A stretch of 64,000 nucleotides of DNA, taken from positions 62,001-126,000 of the forward strand of contig JALAGF010004429.1 in assembly GCA_030167865.1 (NCBI GenBank). Direction: 5' to 3'. The notes under the pieces were generated by a model that did not search any database, had not been told where the DNA came from, and was given only the letters and a program-made list of their open reading frames with translations. The stretch is from Craspedostauros australis (lineage: Eukaryota). The translations under genes were made by a program, and so were the position numbers. Below are positions 22,254 through 34,801 of the stretch, one piece after another; the first letter of the stretch is position 1; every line of letters starts with the position of its first letter.

Positions 22254-23876
22254 CTTGGTGGGTTCAGTTTGTGACTTGTGATTTTACCGTGCCAGAGTAT
22301 GGTCGCCGTCGCTATCGCCGTCGCTGTTACTGTCGCTGTCACTAGTGCTCTATCACTATCACTGATGCGGTTGCAGATTTCAGATTACAGATCGTAGTAT
22401 GGTGATTGTCGAAGCGCCGCAAGGATGCTCCTGTTGTTTGGTCGATCTTCTGCTGCTTCGCTTGGGTCTTTGGCTATGACAATACCTCCTTGGTGATGCC
22501 GCTGCAAGTAACGTTACTGATCCTCGTCCTGGTGTGAGTGTTGCTGTTGCTGTTGGTGCTTCTGGACTGCTGCTGTCTGATGTCTCTTCTGCACAGGGAT
22601 TGCCATTCTGATGCCCTCTTTCTGCCTCTCAGCGGCTTGGTGCGGATCGACCACAACACGAAGAGGAAGAATCGTCGAAGCCATGCGCATGTGGGGTTCT
22701 GTGACGAAAGCACACCAAAAATAGCAGAGACACAGAGAGAGAGAGAAAGAGAACGAGGAGATCGTGTGTGACACAGAGCACCAATTTGGCGCCGATTGCC
22801 CGTTCAATCAGACGCAATTCAAGCGGGGCTCAATTTTAAACCTGGAACAATTCGGCCAACAAGACCTCGATCCGGAGAGCGACAAGCGCGTCCCAGAATA
22901 ATTGTGCACGATTGATTAATGACCACATACCCGTAATAACGTTTTCAGAAGCAAGCCGAGGGTCACAATCACGCAATAATCACAACGGAAAGCAATTGAA
23001 CTGAGTTACATACGAATGCACATGAAACTCGACATGCACATAAACGCAAGTCGGATGCAAGACCCACGCTGCACCCGGGATCCAACAACCATCACAAAAC
23101 ATGGACGATGATTGATGTGTTTCGCTGTCGCTGTTGCCTTCAGCAGCCATGACGCCACTGGCAGCCCATGGGACGCTGCTTCACCAACACCGACACCGAT
23201 ACTCCATTGGAATGGTGATGCACGCACATGAACATGAGACACGAGGTATTCCCATCCTATCGTGCGTGTTTCCTTAGCTTCCGGATGCTCAGTTGTTCCG
23301 CCACGATGCACGACCAAATTTGATAACCCCGCGAAAGTGACAATTAAAGCCAAGAACACGTGAAGCGTCAATAGCTTCGCCCCATTCCCTCCTTTTGTTG
23401 TTCGTGAACTATGTAGCCCCATGCGTGTGTGTGTGTTAGAGTTGTCGTAGTCGCATCCATCTCTGTGTGTGCTATGGCGTCCTGCCGTGCTACATGTTTG
23501 GAGAGCACCCCGCTCCATCTTTCTCTATGTATCTTCAGTACGGATGGAGGTATCGTGTTTGTATCCACGAATTCAATTGGTGAGCAGGGTGGGATGCCAA
23601 TGATTCAAAAACCCGCGAGAGCGTCACATAACATTGATCCATTATACCACGTCGAAAAGTTTGCGATGATCTGCAAGTGCTTGTTGCCATCACCATTCTC
23701 GTTTGGTTGAGTCGGACTCTGGCAATGGCGGCGATGTCAAGACGAGTTGTGCCGCAGCTGCCACGGCGATGGCGACGACGATGAAAGTTGTACAAATGCT
23801 GTCCTGCCTGAACAGGAATCCAAATTGCTCTACAGTCGAGATCTGACGTTTCCTCGGGCTTGGACTGTTCCACGCC

Positions 23877-23891
23877 TGCGTCCCAGTGAGA
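23877..23891 (+). repeat. Target-site duplication, left copy (TGCGTCCCAGTGAGA)
   Basis: Identical to 32238-32252; flanking bases differ on both sides. Confidence 0.92.
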
Positions 23892-24043
23892 TAAATAAAT
23901 AAATAACTCAATGATTAGTCGGTCTTATGGTGCGACTGCGTCGGCGACGCTTTTCTCCGCCTCCTTTCAACTCCATGTGTGAAACCTGGAGGGGGTACGG
24001 ATTCTGAGGTAGTTGTGCTTGTCGTTTGATGCGTGTTGCGTAC

Positions 24044-27000
24044 TCATGCAGCGGGATCGGGCGAGCGGTAGAAGCGGAAACCTCTACCGGAGTTGACGGT
24101 CATCCATTTGCGCAAAGGGCCTGCGGCGATGGGGACGTGCAGGAGCCGTGAGGCCTGCTTCATCCACAGCGCAACGCTGGCTGCGTCGGCGTCTCTCCCG
24201 GGATAAGATTGCTGGGTTCGTCTATGCGTGGGATTGGCGTTTTGAAGCATGTCGGCCAGGTCGCTAGACCTGTCTCTCATAGCTTCCATCATCTCCTGCT
24301 CCGCAGACTTGTCGTTGTTGAACATGTCGTGGTTGCGGAGACGCCATTGTTCCCATGCAATGCGCCAAATGCGCCGGACCAGCTCAGCTCCCCACACTAG
24401 GGGCGATCGTCGTGATCCTTGACTCTCCAAATGTGCTTCCTGTAGCTCTATCCACTTGGACCCGATCAGCCCGCGCGCGAGCGAATTGCTGCCAATTGCA
24501 CGCTGTTGTTCGATCGCTTCTTTCTGCTTGCCGTGAGTGTTGGAGGGCTGGAGATGCACTGTGCTGGCGAATTGACTGGTCAGCATGGCCACAATTTCTT
24601 TTGCCACCTGTGGACTTGTTGGGTACTTCATCATCCAGATCCGAATGCCTGTGATATGTTTGGCCGTTGCTGCCGCGCGATGTTCAGCCGGGCACTCCCA
24701 CACGTGCAAGAATGTCTCCTCGGCGTCGCAACTCGGGCACTGACTTGATTGCCGGTGACCCCATTGCTTCATTCTGCGTCCCACAGCCGCTCCCCCCGTC
24801 ACCAATTTGAATGTTAGAGTGGCTTTCGGGTGGTCCAGGCTTCGAACGGCTTTGCCGACTGCTTTCCAGCTGATTCCTGCCGCGTTCTTCATCACCTTCC
24901 TCCGTCGCATCACTTCGAAGGCTTCGTTGGCCAGACCTTCCTCTGCTATGTGCGCGTAGCACACAGAGGTTATCTTCATACACCTGCGAAGGTGTACTTC
25001 CTTGCCTTCAATGACGCCGTCGTAGGGTAAGAATTCTCCGGCTGTCCTCCGTTGAGCACCGGCTAGCCTGTCGGCTTCCACGTTCATTTTCGCCCAGTCA
25101 TCAAGCTCCTGCCATGGTTTTCCGTCGTCCTGATGTCCTTTCACATGCTGACCTGTAACCCTCACCGGGAGCTGCTTCATCTTGCTTCGCGTCGCTCTCA
25201 TGAGGTCCGCATCTGTGGATCGAGGTGATAGGTGCCAATCCTCGTCCAGCGCCTTGAGCGCTCCGGTGCTGTCGCAACCAATTGTGACGTGACCGGACTC
25301 CACTTTCTGCGAGGTGCAGATACTTTGGATGGCCACCATGAGGCTGTACAGACCGGACAATTCGGCTCGATGTGATTGCATTGTGTCACTGCTTCAAGGC
25401 GTCAGGCATGTCACCCATAGCTTGGTTGTTTCGCCTTGATGGCTGCCTGTGATGACTGCGCCTGCGGCTCCTTTGTTATTCGCCACTGACCCGTCGCTGC
25501 AGGCCACCATTGTGCCGGCTCGTAGAGCTTCACCCAAGACCTTTGCTTCGCCCAAGATTTCCCACCTCTCAATCGCCCACGCGGAGCCCTCAGGGAGTTG
25601 CTGGATCACTTCGTGGAGAGTTGCGGTGTGTGGTCGGGGCTCCGGGCGTATGCCCTGCGAACTTCCGGATATCACCATGTTGTTTCCATTGAAGTACCCA
25701 TCCACTGGGTCCGTGCCTGGCATCGTCGTTCCTGTCGTTGCAGCATACTCCTTTCGTCGTCCTCGTCTGGGGATCCGTCTATTGTATACGTCTGCGCGTT
25801 GTAGGTATGTCACTCTGTCTGTGCTAGGGTCTCTCATACATTGGGGAACCTGCGATGTGTATCCTTGCCAACGGCCGAGCCGTGGGACGATCGGTCGCGT
25901 CGTTCCTCGGGATGCCGGGAAGCAGCGGCTGATGGCTTGCTCCCACGCTTTCCACTGCCTGGTGGTTGGTTCGCCGACTGGGGGCCATTGTATCCGGCTT
26001 TGACGGAACGGTGCTGGCCCTGGAGAGACAGAGGTTGGCAGTATGGCGTTTCCTTCCACGTTCGCTATGTCCGATACCCATAGCACTTGCTTCGCAATCC
26101 TGCAATGGTTGACCATTTGCAACGTTGCTTGGGGCAGGCCGAGGGGCAGTATATGCTCCATGATGAAGGTGTCGCCTTCCCTTGGGGTCGCCAGATCCGA
26201 GTGCTCGAAGTGCATCGTGAGGCCCAGGTTGTTGAGTTCCGCCCAGACTGATTGCATCCAAGACTCATTGATGACTCCTTTCCATTGGTCCTGCGGCCTG
26301 GTGAAGACTTGGTCCATTCCCGCCTGTAGTTCTAGGATGCTCATTGCGTTACACATCAGTTTGCCCGTGATCGTGTCGCCCTTCCAATGTTTGATGATTT
26401 CTTCAATGTGTCGTGTGGCTTGAGTGTAGTAGATGTGCGGAATGCCGAGTCCCAGATGTCGTCGCGGTCCGAACGCTAGTGCGCGGGAGACGTTTCTTTG
26501 CACTCCCATGGCCGGCAGCGCTGCTTGGAGCATTGGACGCATGATATTGCTAGCAGCCGTCTTGGTGAAAGTAGCACTGGCCAGCGGGTATTCCAGGGTC
26601 TTCATGATAGTGGCATGTAGCGCCACCTTGGCTTGCCCTTGGAGCAACCCTCCCCGTCTTACTGCATCTGCCCACTTGCGAGCCTTCTGAGTGTACATTT
26701 GCTCGTTGTCTTCTTGGACCCCGTCATGTCGCACCATCACTCCTAACGCTTTGCGCGCTTGGTTGACCGACAGGCGTTGTAGCGCTGATCTGTCTTCGCT
26801 GTCTGGTTGCCTGATGCTGATGTTGCCAGGTACCTCGGTTTCATTCTTGTATTCCCACTCTTTGCCATTCCACTTGAACGCCAACAGGTACCAGTAGCTC
26901 TTTCGCGGTTCCAGTGCTCCTCCTGTTGCTCGGAGCACTCCTTCCCACGTGTCGACCACTTGTTGCACTTCCTGTATGCACCCCGTTGAGTCTGTTGCAT

Positions 27001-29717
27001 CGGCTTGGATGGTGTGAATTATATCAGTATCGTCGACGAATGAGAAGCATACCAATTGAGTTGATTCGCTGGTGATTGGGTGCTGTGATGAGAATCCGTA
27101 GCCTCGATCTGCCATAATTTTCATGAGCGGTGAACTCATCGCCACCCACCCGGCCGGCGAGACTCCAAGGCCTTGAAGAAGCCCTTGTAGTTTGGGCGGC
27201 TTCGTAGGGTATGTGGTGCGAGACAGGCCGTATCCTGTGAGCACATGATGTTGCATTGTTTCCACCGCTGCAATCACACTTGAGCTGACGATCGATGGTA
27301 CTCCGATGCTGCTCATGCTCAGTTGCAGAGGCACGTGCGCCATACGGTCATAGCAACTCTTCGCGTCGTTCGAGCAGACGAAACTCGTGCGTCCCGTGCT
27401 TCTGATGATGTCTCCTGTCAGTCGGTTGTTCAAGCTGACTTCGGCCGCACTTCTGCACTTCCGGCTGCCGTATTGCTCCTCTGGCAGAAACCCGTTCACT
27501 TCGGCGTGGTCCATCATTTCTTTGCCAATCTTCTTCAGATTCATGTTGAAATCACCTTCGACTAGGCTGATGGTACAGAAGTGCTCGACTCTGTAGTTGC
27601 CTTCCTCTTTGAGCAAAGTGATATCAGAGCACCGCAGCCATCGAGCCAGGTTGTACCCCGATCGTAGCGATATCTCGCGCATGGCGGCATCGGTTGCTGC
27701 TGCTTCCTCAATTTTTGCGTTTGCCTTCCACATTCCGAAATGCAAGCCAGAGGGGCCTGACGCGGTGCGTTCTCGGGCTTTGGCCCAGGCTTGTTGATGC
27801 TCCTCTATTGGTATCTCCATGCGGCGTGCGTCCCACTGCGTCGGTTGGCTTGTGTTTTGTAGCTGCGCGAGAAGGTCTTGGGAGTATTGGTCCATGGATG
27901 GCCCGTGTCGTTGTGTTGCCATTGCAACGCCTCCGTGCTTCACACTTTGCTCAAACTCCTCGTTTTGCAGTGGTGTTGCGTATGCTTGCCTGTACTTGAG
28001 TTCGTTGGCCTTCATGCATTGGGCGATAACTTCGCGTTCCTTACTGAATGTTCTTTCTTCGCCATGCTCGTCTTTGGCGATGACCGTGGTTACCCTGCTG
28101 TTGCTGGCTCCGCCTTGTAGTGTCCGCTTTATTGACCGGAACGTTTCTGCTGTCTCTTCTCGGACGATGATCGCGGCAAGTGCTGTGCTGGCGGATGTGT
28201 TGCCAGCTTCCGCCATCTCATCAGCGCGTTGCTCAAGGAAGGTCCTCCTGTGTGCCAGAGCGCTTCGTTTCACTTGCTTCCACTTCTCATGGGCCAGCTT
28301 CCGTTTCTGCTGTATATCGTCTGCGGTGAGGTGCGACGTCGGCTGTCGTACTCCGGCTTGCTTCTTGGCCCGTTCATACCACCTCGCACTCACCCTCTTT
28401 CCCTGCCGTCGCCTCCACGCGATTTCCCAGAACTTCTTCTCCATTGCCGCTTTTTTTGGCGGCCGGTGAATATGGTACTCGTCCCGCGAATATTCGTCTG
28501 GATCCTCGTTCTGCCTGGAGCATGATCTCCTTTCTGTCATTGTCGATTTCTTCTGTCTCCTGAATTAGTGTTTCTGTCATAGTCCCGTCATCCTTGAGCT
28601 GAGACAGTACGTTTGCAGCCCGGTGCCGCAGGTCCGCTTTGGCATATCCGGTCTTGACCGCTTGTTGGTATCTTTTCATTGTGGCTGGCTTGTTCGTTTG
28701 CAGTCGTCTTCCTTCGAATTTCTAGGTCGGTCGGCTTCGCACGCCGAAGATGGCTTCACTGGAGATCTCGATCCATGCTGTACAGTGGTCCCAGCTTCCG
28801 TAGTCGCTGTATCCTGCCCTCTGTACCCCCACGGATTCCGAGACCCATATGCCGTCTATCACTCTTGCTGTTTCTGCGCGCACTTGCGTTGCCACCGGTG
28901 TTTGTTGGGGATGCTTACTGAGTATGGCTTCCTTCATGCCTTGTCGTTCAAGCATCGTCGCCATTTGTGAGTGTGCAACCTGCATGTTGATGTCCCCGCC
29001 CAGTATGATTGTTTCGCCTTGTGTGTGCCATTGCTGTATTTCTGCTTCCAGATCGTCGATGAGGGTGGCTATCGGTGGGGCGGTAATTCCCTGCAGTTCC
29101 AACCAGGCTGATTGCTGGTTTGCAACGGTGCGAGGTCCTTTCCCTGATGTGGTTGGGACGTACACGCTTACAATTCTCACAAAAGCGTCGTCTTTGCCAC
29201 GGAGCACCGTACTTGACCATCGTCCTAGCTGCCTTGGATCTTCTGCTGATCCCTTGTGTCGCCCAGCTGTTTCGTTGGTGATCAGGCATCCCGTGCCTCC
29301 CCATTGTCGTACGGGTCCCATCTTCTCTTGTTTGTTGTACGCCATCGTTTGGCGCCATGAGCTGTATTGGCCTTTGATCCGCGAGTGCCATGAGTGGCGT
29401 TTTGCTAATTTGGACCAGTTCAGCCCGATTTCGGAAAACATTGCCACGTCGAGTTTTAGCTTCTTTGTCCATTCCCACGTGTCTCTGTTTTTCCAGTGTC
29501 CTGTCTCTTCCGGTAGACAGCCCACGTTGAGGGCGCCGATGCGTATAGTATGGCCTCCTTTGTCGCGTGGGTTGTCTCCCCAGTAAGAGACTTGGAGGTT
29601 GTGCTCATTCCGACGCACTTCCTCCCCGAGAGCATCCGTTTGGCTTGCGGAGGTGGGTGTTGATGCTTCCCCTTCCTCCAGCCTTGTGTTAATCAGTTTG
29701 CTGGCCCCCGTCCGTGC
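24044..29717 (-). pseudogene. LINE ORF2 (APE-RT-RNase H-CCHC), ~1890 codons, disrupted
   Basis: APE: 'IGALNVG', 'MFSEIG', 'VSVYVP', 'LGGDIN', 'IDGIW', 'DH'. RT: 'EQYGSRK', 'SNDAKSCYDR', 'LLQGLGVSP', 'FVDDTD', 'KALGV'. RNase H: 'CSDGS', 'RAELSG', 'GCDS', 'HVKGHQD', 'NVEADRLA'. Zn knuckle 'CPSC...HVWEC'. Lesions: TAG 28722-24, extra base in the A7 run 28451-57, TGA 25394-96. Confidence 0.92.
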
Positions 29718-32108
29718 TTAAGCCGGGGGATTTTGAGTTCCCGGGTTCCTCCTCTGCGTGTTTGGCTCTCAGCTCCTCGATGATTCTGTCTTTTTCGATG
29801 AGTTCTTGCCTCTGGTCCTCCACTTTCTTTCTGTTGGCTTCTGCTTGCTGTGCTTCCCTTGCTTGCCGCATGGCTGTCGCCAGCTCGTCCTCTTTGATCT
29901 CGGCGCTGTCGTCTTTGGATTCCTGTATACTGAAGATGGTGGATGCCCTCGATTTGCCGCATTCCGAGCTGAAAGTCTTGAATGATTCGTCCTCGAGTCT
30001 GGGCTTTTTTGCTACCGGGGATCCCGATGGAGAGTTGTCATCGATTTCTTCCATGCCTTCAATCTCTACCGAACCCATGTCTTCATCGACAATGTAGTCA
30101 AGTTCTCCTTCGAATTCGACGTCTTCGTACCCCTGTCCTGTGGCGTCCTTCGCATACCCCGCACTCATCTCCAGGATGTTATCATCAAACCAGTCGTCTG
30201 TGGAGCTGTTGATTTCTGTTCTACACCTGATTGCGATGGAGTTCAGAATGTTCTTGGCTTGGTTGTACCGATCGTCAAAGGCCACTATGCTCAGGGCGTC
30301 TTCATCCCCATCTGCCATGTGGGTCATGCTGATGTCATGGAAATAGGGGTTTCCTTCTGGCGTCCTCTGCTGGTTCAGGAATTCTCGCAGCGTGGTCGAT
30401 TTTGTCTCCGCATCTGGAGTATCGAGCGAGACGTCGCCGTCCAGCCGGAACCTTTTGAGTTGGCGCACGTAGCGCTTGTGTTTGCGTGTCATCTTTCTGA
30501 GTTTCGCTGCTGTGTCCGCTCCAATGGTGGATGTGCCTGGGTTGGGAACAATCGGTAGTTCAACCCCCCTCTGTCAGCGTCCTTCGCGTTGAACACCTTG
30601 CCCAGGGCTTTCGATACCTTTCGGGCGTGGCTGGTGTTGGCGTGCAGGTGCAGCGCAACCCATGGTGTGTTGATCCAGGTGCCGAGGTTCTTGCGGTGCT
30701 CTTCGCGCGTCTCGTCTGAAACCTGACCCAGGAACTTGATTCTTCCCCCCACTTGAAGTTTGGGTTGGATTTGTTGCAGTAGCCGGTTGATCACTCCAAT
30801 CGTTTGCTTTGTGTTTGTGAAGTTTCCGGAGTAGGCGAGGAAGCCAACATCAGTGATGTTTTCTGCATCCTTGAGATCTCAGACGTAGGTGTACTCTCCT
30901 GTCGAGTATCCGCCTTCCATTTCTGCTCGTCAACTGGTGAGCGCGTTCAGGTTTTGGCTGCCCCCCAGCTTCAGTTGCATGTATACATCTGATTGCTTTG
31001 CTGTCGGCTTGGCTCTGCACACGAATTTCTTCATCTCATCCCAGTCGGTGGGGATGGGCTCCTTGTCCGAGATGATTCCTGCTGATTTGTGGCGCTTATA
31101 CCAGGGGTATATGACGAGTTTGGGCTCGATTGTCAGTGCGTGGTCAAACCACAATTCGAACCTGGATTGGAAATCTCTGATCGGTGTGGAGGAGTTCTTC
31201 GGGATGGTTAGCCTGAGGTCGAAGCGTTCGTTGAACTTTCTGCTGGGCGTAGCCATCATCTGGACAGAGGACTGTCTCACCCTGGTCCATGTCCCGTCGT
31301 CGCCGCTTGCGTCTCCTTTTGGGTTTGTCTCATTGACTACTCCATCTGGCTCCTGAACCCTCACTTTGGTTTTTGGAGGTACCTTCACTGTGTGTTGCGT
31401 GAGTGAAGTCTGTTGCGTTCGCTTGACCAAAATGGATTCCAGTTGGATTCTGTCCATGTCGTCACTGTCTGACAATGCTTTCTGTGCCATGATGACGTCG
31501 GAGTATTGGCACCCCATGTGCCGGACTGCTGCTGCCCAAGCCAGTGTGATCTGGTTTCGTGTCATTGACTTGTTGTCAGTGTGAAGCTCCATCTTGAAGC
31601 ATTCCGTTGGATCCGTTTTGGAGAGATCTGCGACCAATTGCTTGATTTTCACGCGTTCTGGTGCATCCTGTGCGACTCTACTTGTACCAAATTTGTTCGT
31701 CCTGCCGTCCATCACCTTTTGGAAGAACTCTGCCAGTTCCTTGGTGCTTGGCATGTGTGCCAAGGCGTTTGAACTGTCCTTGCCTTCCCATGTTGCCTTC
31801 TGGATGTACATCTGTTTGACTCTGTCATGGAGGGACGACGGACCTTCTTCGTAGACTTCGGTGGCTTTGATGGCTTTGGCGTTTGCTGCGACTTGTTTTG
31901 GGAGCTTTTTCCACCGTGTTGTTTCGGGCTCTTGCCACTGGATGGCTATTCTGCCTTGGCTCTCCATCAGTTCTGCTGCCACGATCTTCGGATCAGGCTC
32001 TGGCGGTGGCTTGGGACCTCCTGTTGCTCCTGATGTCATGTTTCGATTCGATGGTTGCTCCGTATCGTTGGTGTTGTGCTTCAAACTTGTGCCGTTTTTC
32101 GTCGCCAT
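29689..32108 (-). pseudogene. LINE ORF1, ~805 codons, disrupted
   Basis: ORF pieces 32108-30930 and 30794-30489 share one frame, broken by TGA at 30930-32 and 30879-81; a frameshift near 30548 leads into 30492-29689. Lies between the 5' TSD and ORF2. Confidence 0.85.
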
Positions 32109-32237
32109 GGTCGATTGTCGGATCTTTTCCCTACTTGAGGAATCAGTAGAATCTGTACTGGTGTCAGTGTTTTTGCTGTTGGATTTTCGCTTTACTAGTG
32201 TTATCGTTTGTTTTTGTTTTCTGGGTTCTCGTCATTA

Positions 32238-32252
32238 TGCGTCCCAGTGAGA
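32238..32252 (+). repeat. Target-site duplication, right copy (TGCGTCCCAGTGAGA)
   Basis: Identical to 23877-23891. Confidence 0.92.
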
Positions 32253-32569
32253 GTATCTTCGAACGTTGCAGAGACTGATGATCCGTTTGCATGCATTGCT
32301 GATGCATCTGCATCTCGTCGATCCATGTGATCACGGGTTTCCCACCATCCATGCAACCAGCCAACATTTCTTATCACAGTCGTAATCGTAGTCGCAATCA
32401 TATGATACACTTTTACTTCGCCCGACCCACGTGTGTATGCCTTGCACCACTCTCGTAGAGTGCTACGTACCCGTCATACATCTCGCGCATCCCCAATGGT
32501 CGTTCCAAGCAAAGACCCGGAGTGACAGAAGCATCATTTCATCAGCATCTTCTTCTTCTCCCAGATCTT

Positions 32570-33622
32570 TTATTCCATTTCCGCCAACTCGGTGTCCTTG
32601 ACGAATGCTGCCTTCCATTTCTTGTAGTGCTCCGTCTTCTTCCAGATGTAGTAGAAATCAATGACCTCCTTGGTGGACTTGGTCTTGATGACTCTGCTCA
32701 CTTCGTGAAAATCCTTGCCGTAATGGAACAGGCATCCCTCAAATAGAGCGATCTCGTGCGGACTCCACATCTCAATGACGCTGGGTCGTCGCACGGGACT
32801 CTGCAAGAACCCCAGCAACGACATGCCCTCTGTCGGGTACTCTCGACGGCTAGGATCGTACCCGTATGCCTTGAATTTCGTGGAAGGATACATCATTGCG
32901 CCAACCATCCCAACGTAGTCTTCCGCGATCTGATGAACTGCGAACGTGCGTGATAATGGCATGGTACGGAATGGCATGGGCAGCAAATGGAGGAAGTGCA
33001 AGGGAAATGTGGTTGCGTTGATGAGTTCTTGGATCTTCTTTGCATATGCAATGCATGCACAACATCATGATATGAATGTGGTCAAGAGAGAGGGAGAGAG
33101 ACGCCATCTAGCCACCTTCAAAGATGAAACCTAGCACATCATTCTTCGCGAGCACACAGCATCAATGTACCTACCACGCCATCTCTGATTCTCTGTTGAC
33201 GGTGCACCTGCTGTCGTCGCTTCGGTCGTAGTTGTATCATCTTTCTGCGACGCAGCCACATCGCCACCATCCTTGGCATCTGATTCAGCAGCAGCGGCGG
33301 CAGGAGCCGTATCACTTTGGGCAACCTCCGTTAAAGACGAAAGCTGTTCGTGTGTCGCGTCACATGCGGTCCCCTCATGAGTTTCTGCCGCTGCTGTTAC
33401 CACCTCTGCTAGTTGAGCGGGCGCTTTCATATCCTGAGACGTCGCTGATGCTGGATCCACTTCTTGTGGCATGCTCGATGCCGGGGCTTCTACCGTCGTC
33501 AACGGCTCCGACTTCTGTCTCTTTGCTTGATCATCGTTGTTCTCGTCAGACGCCGCTCCCCTCTCTCGCTTCGTTGGCCGGTCTGTGCTTGGCGCATTGG
33601 CTGTTGCGTCAACATTCCCCAT
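32570..33622 (-). CDS. SANT/Myb-domain chromatin protein (MIER/MTA/RERE-type SANT); 2 exons (33622-33175, 32937-32570), ~271 aa
   Basis: 'WSPHEIALFEGCLFHYGKDFHEVSRVIKTKSTKEVIDFYYIWKKT'; gtagg donor and gcag acceptor are in frame. Confidence 0.8.
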
Positions 33623-34801
33623 GGCTGTATTTAGGTTGACGAAAGAGAGAAAGAGAGAGAGAAGCGTGACAAGTTTCAGGGTGGTATGGTGTGATTGTCG
33701 TCCGCTCTCCCGCACCATCCAAGTACAATCGCGGTGTTGTGATCCGCGTGAACATCAAGCATCGCCGCCACATGAATGAGCAAGGGTCTTCCTGCGTTGC
33801 GGTGCGTTGTGTTGTCTTGATGTCTCGGTGCGTTTGGTGGGAGGATTTCCCTTTCTCGCCAGGATGAATCCTGTAGATGATCTCAGTCACGAATTTGTGA
33901 TTTGTTTCGAATCCAACGAGTCAAACATGAGTTAACGGTTGAATGCGTTGGGTGTCGCTGGAAGAGAGCGAAACATCAAAGAGACGATCATTCCCGACTG
34001 AAAACTGGAAACAGAATGCGCAGAGAATCCGTGTCAGCAACACAACTCGCACTCTGCTGCAATACCAACATTCACTCCAACAAAGCAACCAAGATCAACA
34101 GTTGAGTTTGCATCCGCGTCGTTGTGGAGTGTCGCGTAAAGAGAGCGACTAGTACTTGCTGAAGGGTGGAGACGCGCCCGACTCATTGTGCATCACCAGC
34201 ATCGATATAGCTGATACTCACACCAACGCCGACACAAGACTGCAGAGAAGCACCAACGAAGCGCAAGTGAAAGAGGCAGACGAAGGAGTGACAAGAACGA
34301 GGGGGAGAGGGAGCTGCAACGAAGCACGAACAGAGAGAGGGTCTGCGTTCCTGTTAAAACTCCGCGCATAGCCGTAGTCGTAGCCGTACCCACACTCGCA
34401 AGCACACCGGAGGGATCTCTGCCGCTCGACCTGCTGGGCTGTGAGCAAAGCACGACATACCACTGGAGCAATTGTTGGAGTACCTCAAGCACTTTTGCTT
34501 GCCACTAGTGCTTCCATTCGCACTTCCGTTCGCAGTGGCTCCAGCAGAGAGATTCTTGACGTTGATCACCAAGTTCGTTCACGAGACATCATCAATCGCC
34601 TCTTGCATCGCAACACAACGCAGCACATTCTTCGCAGCCTTCACAGACTTCACAGTTCTCAGGGACTTCCAGACAAACCAAGAACATCACAAACAGCCGA
34701 AGAAGCGCAGCTAACAACATCCAGAGACAAACGATAATCAAGAGCGCTCATCACCCGCGATACCCCACTGTCCTGCACTCGTATTGGTGCTTGCACAAAG
34801 A

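Larger units (their letters stand above)
23892..32237 (-). mobile_element. Apparently full-length non-LTR retrotransposon (LINE), Ambal-like, 8346 bp, inactivated
   Basis: ORF1 plus ORF2 (APE endonuclease, RT with FVDD, RNase H, C-terminal CCHC); 3' (TTAT)4 tail; perfect 15-bp direct repeat at both ends. The clade is inferred from architecture and host type. Confidence 0.93.

Noticed and set aside
33845-33890. TPP-riboswitch-like words on the minus strand (CTGAGA...CAGGATTCATCCTGGCG...AGGGAA)
   Set aside because: The central CCC...GAACCUGA core and the P2/P3 stems are missing, and neither neighbour is a thiamine gene.
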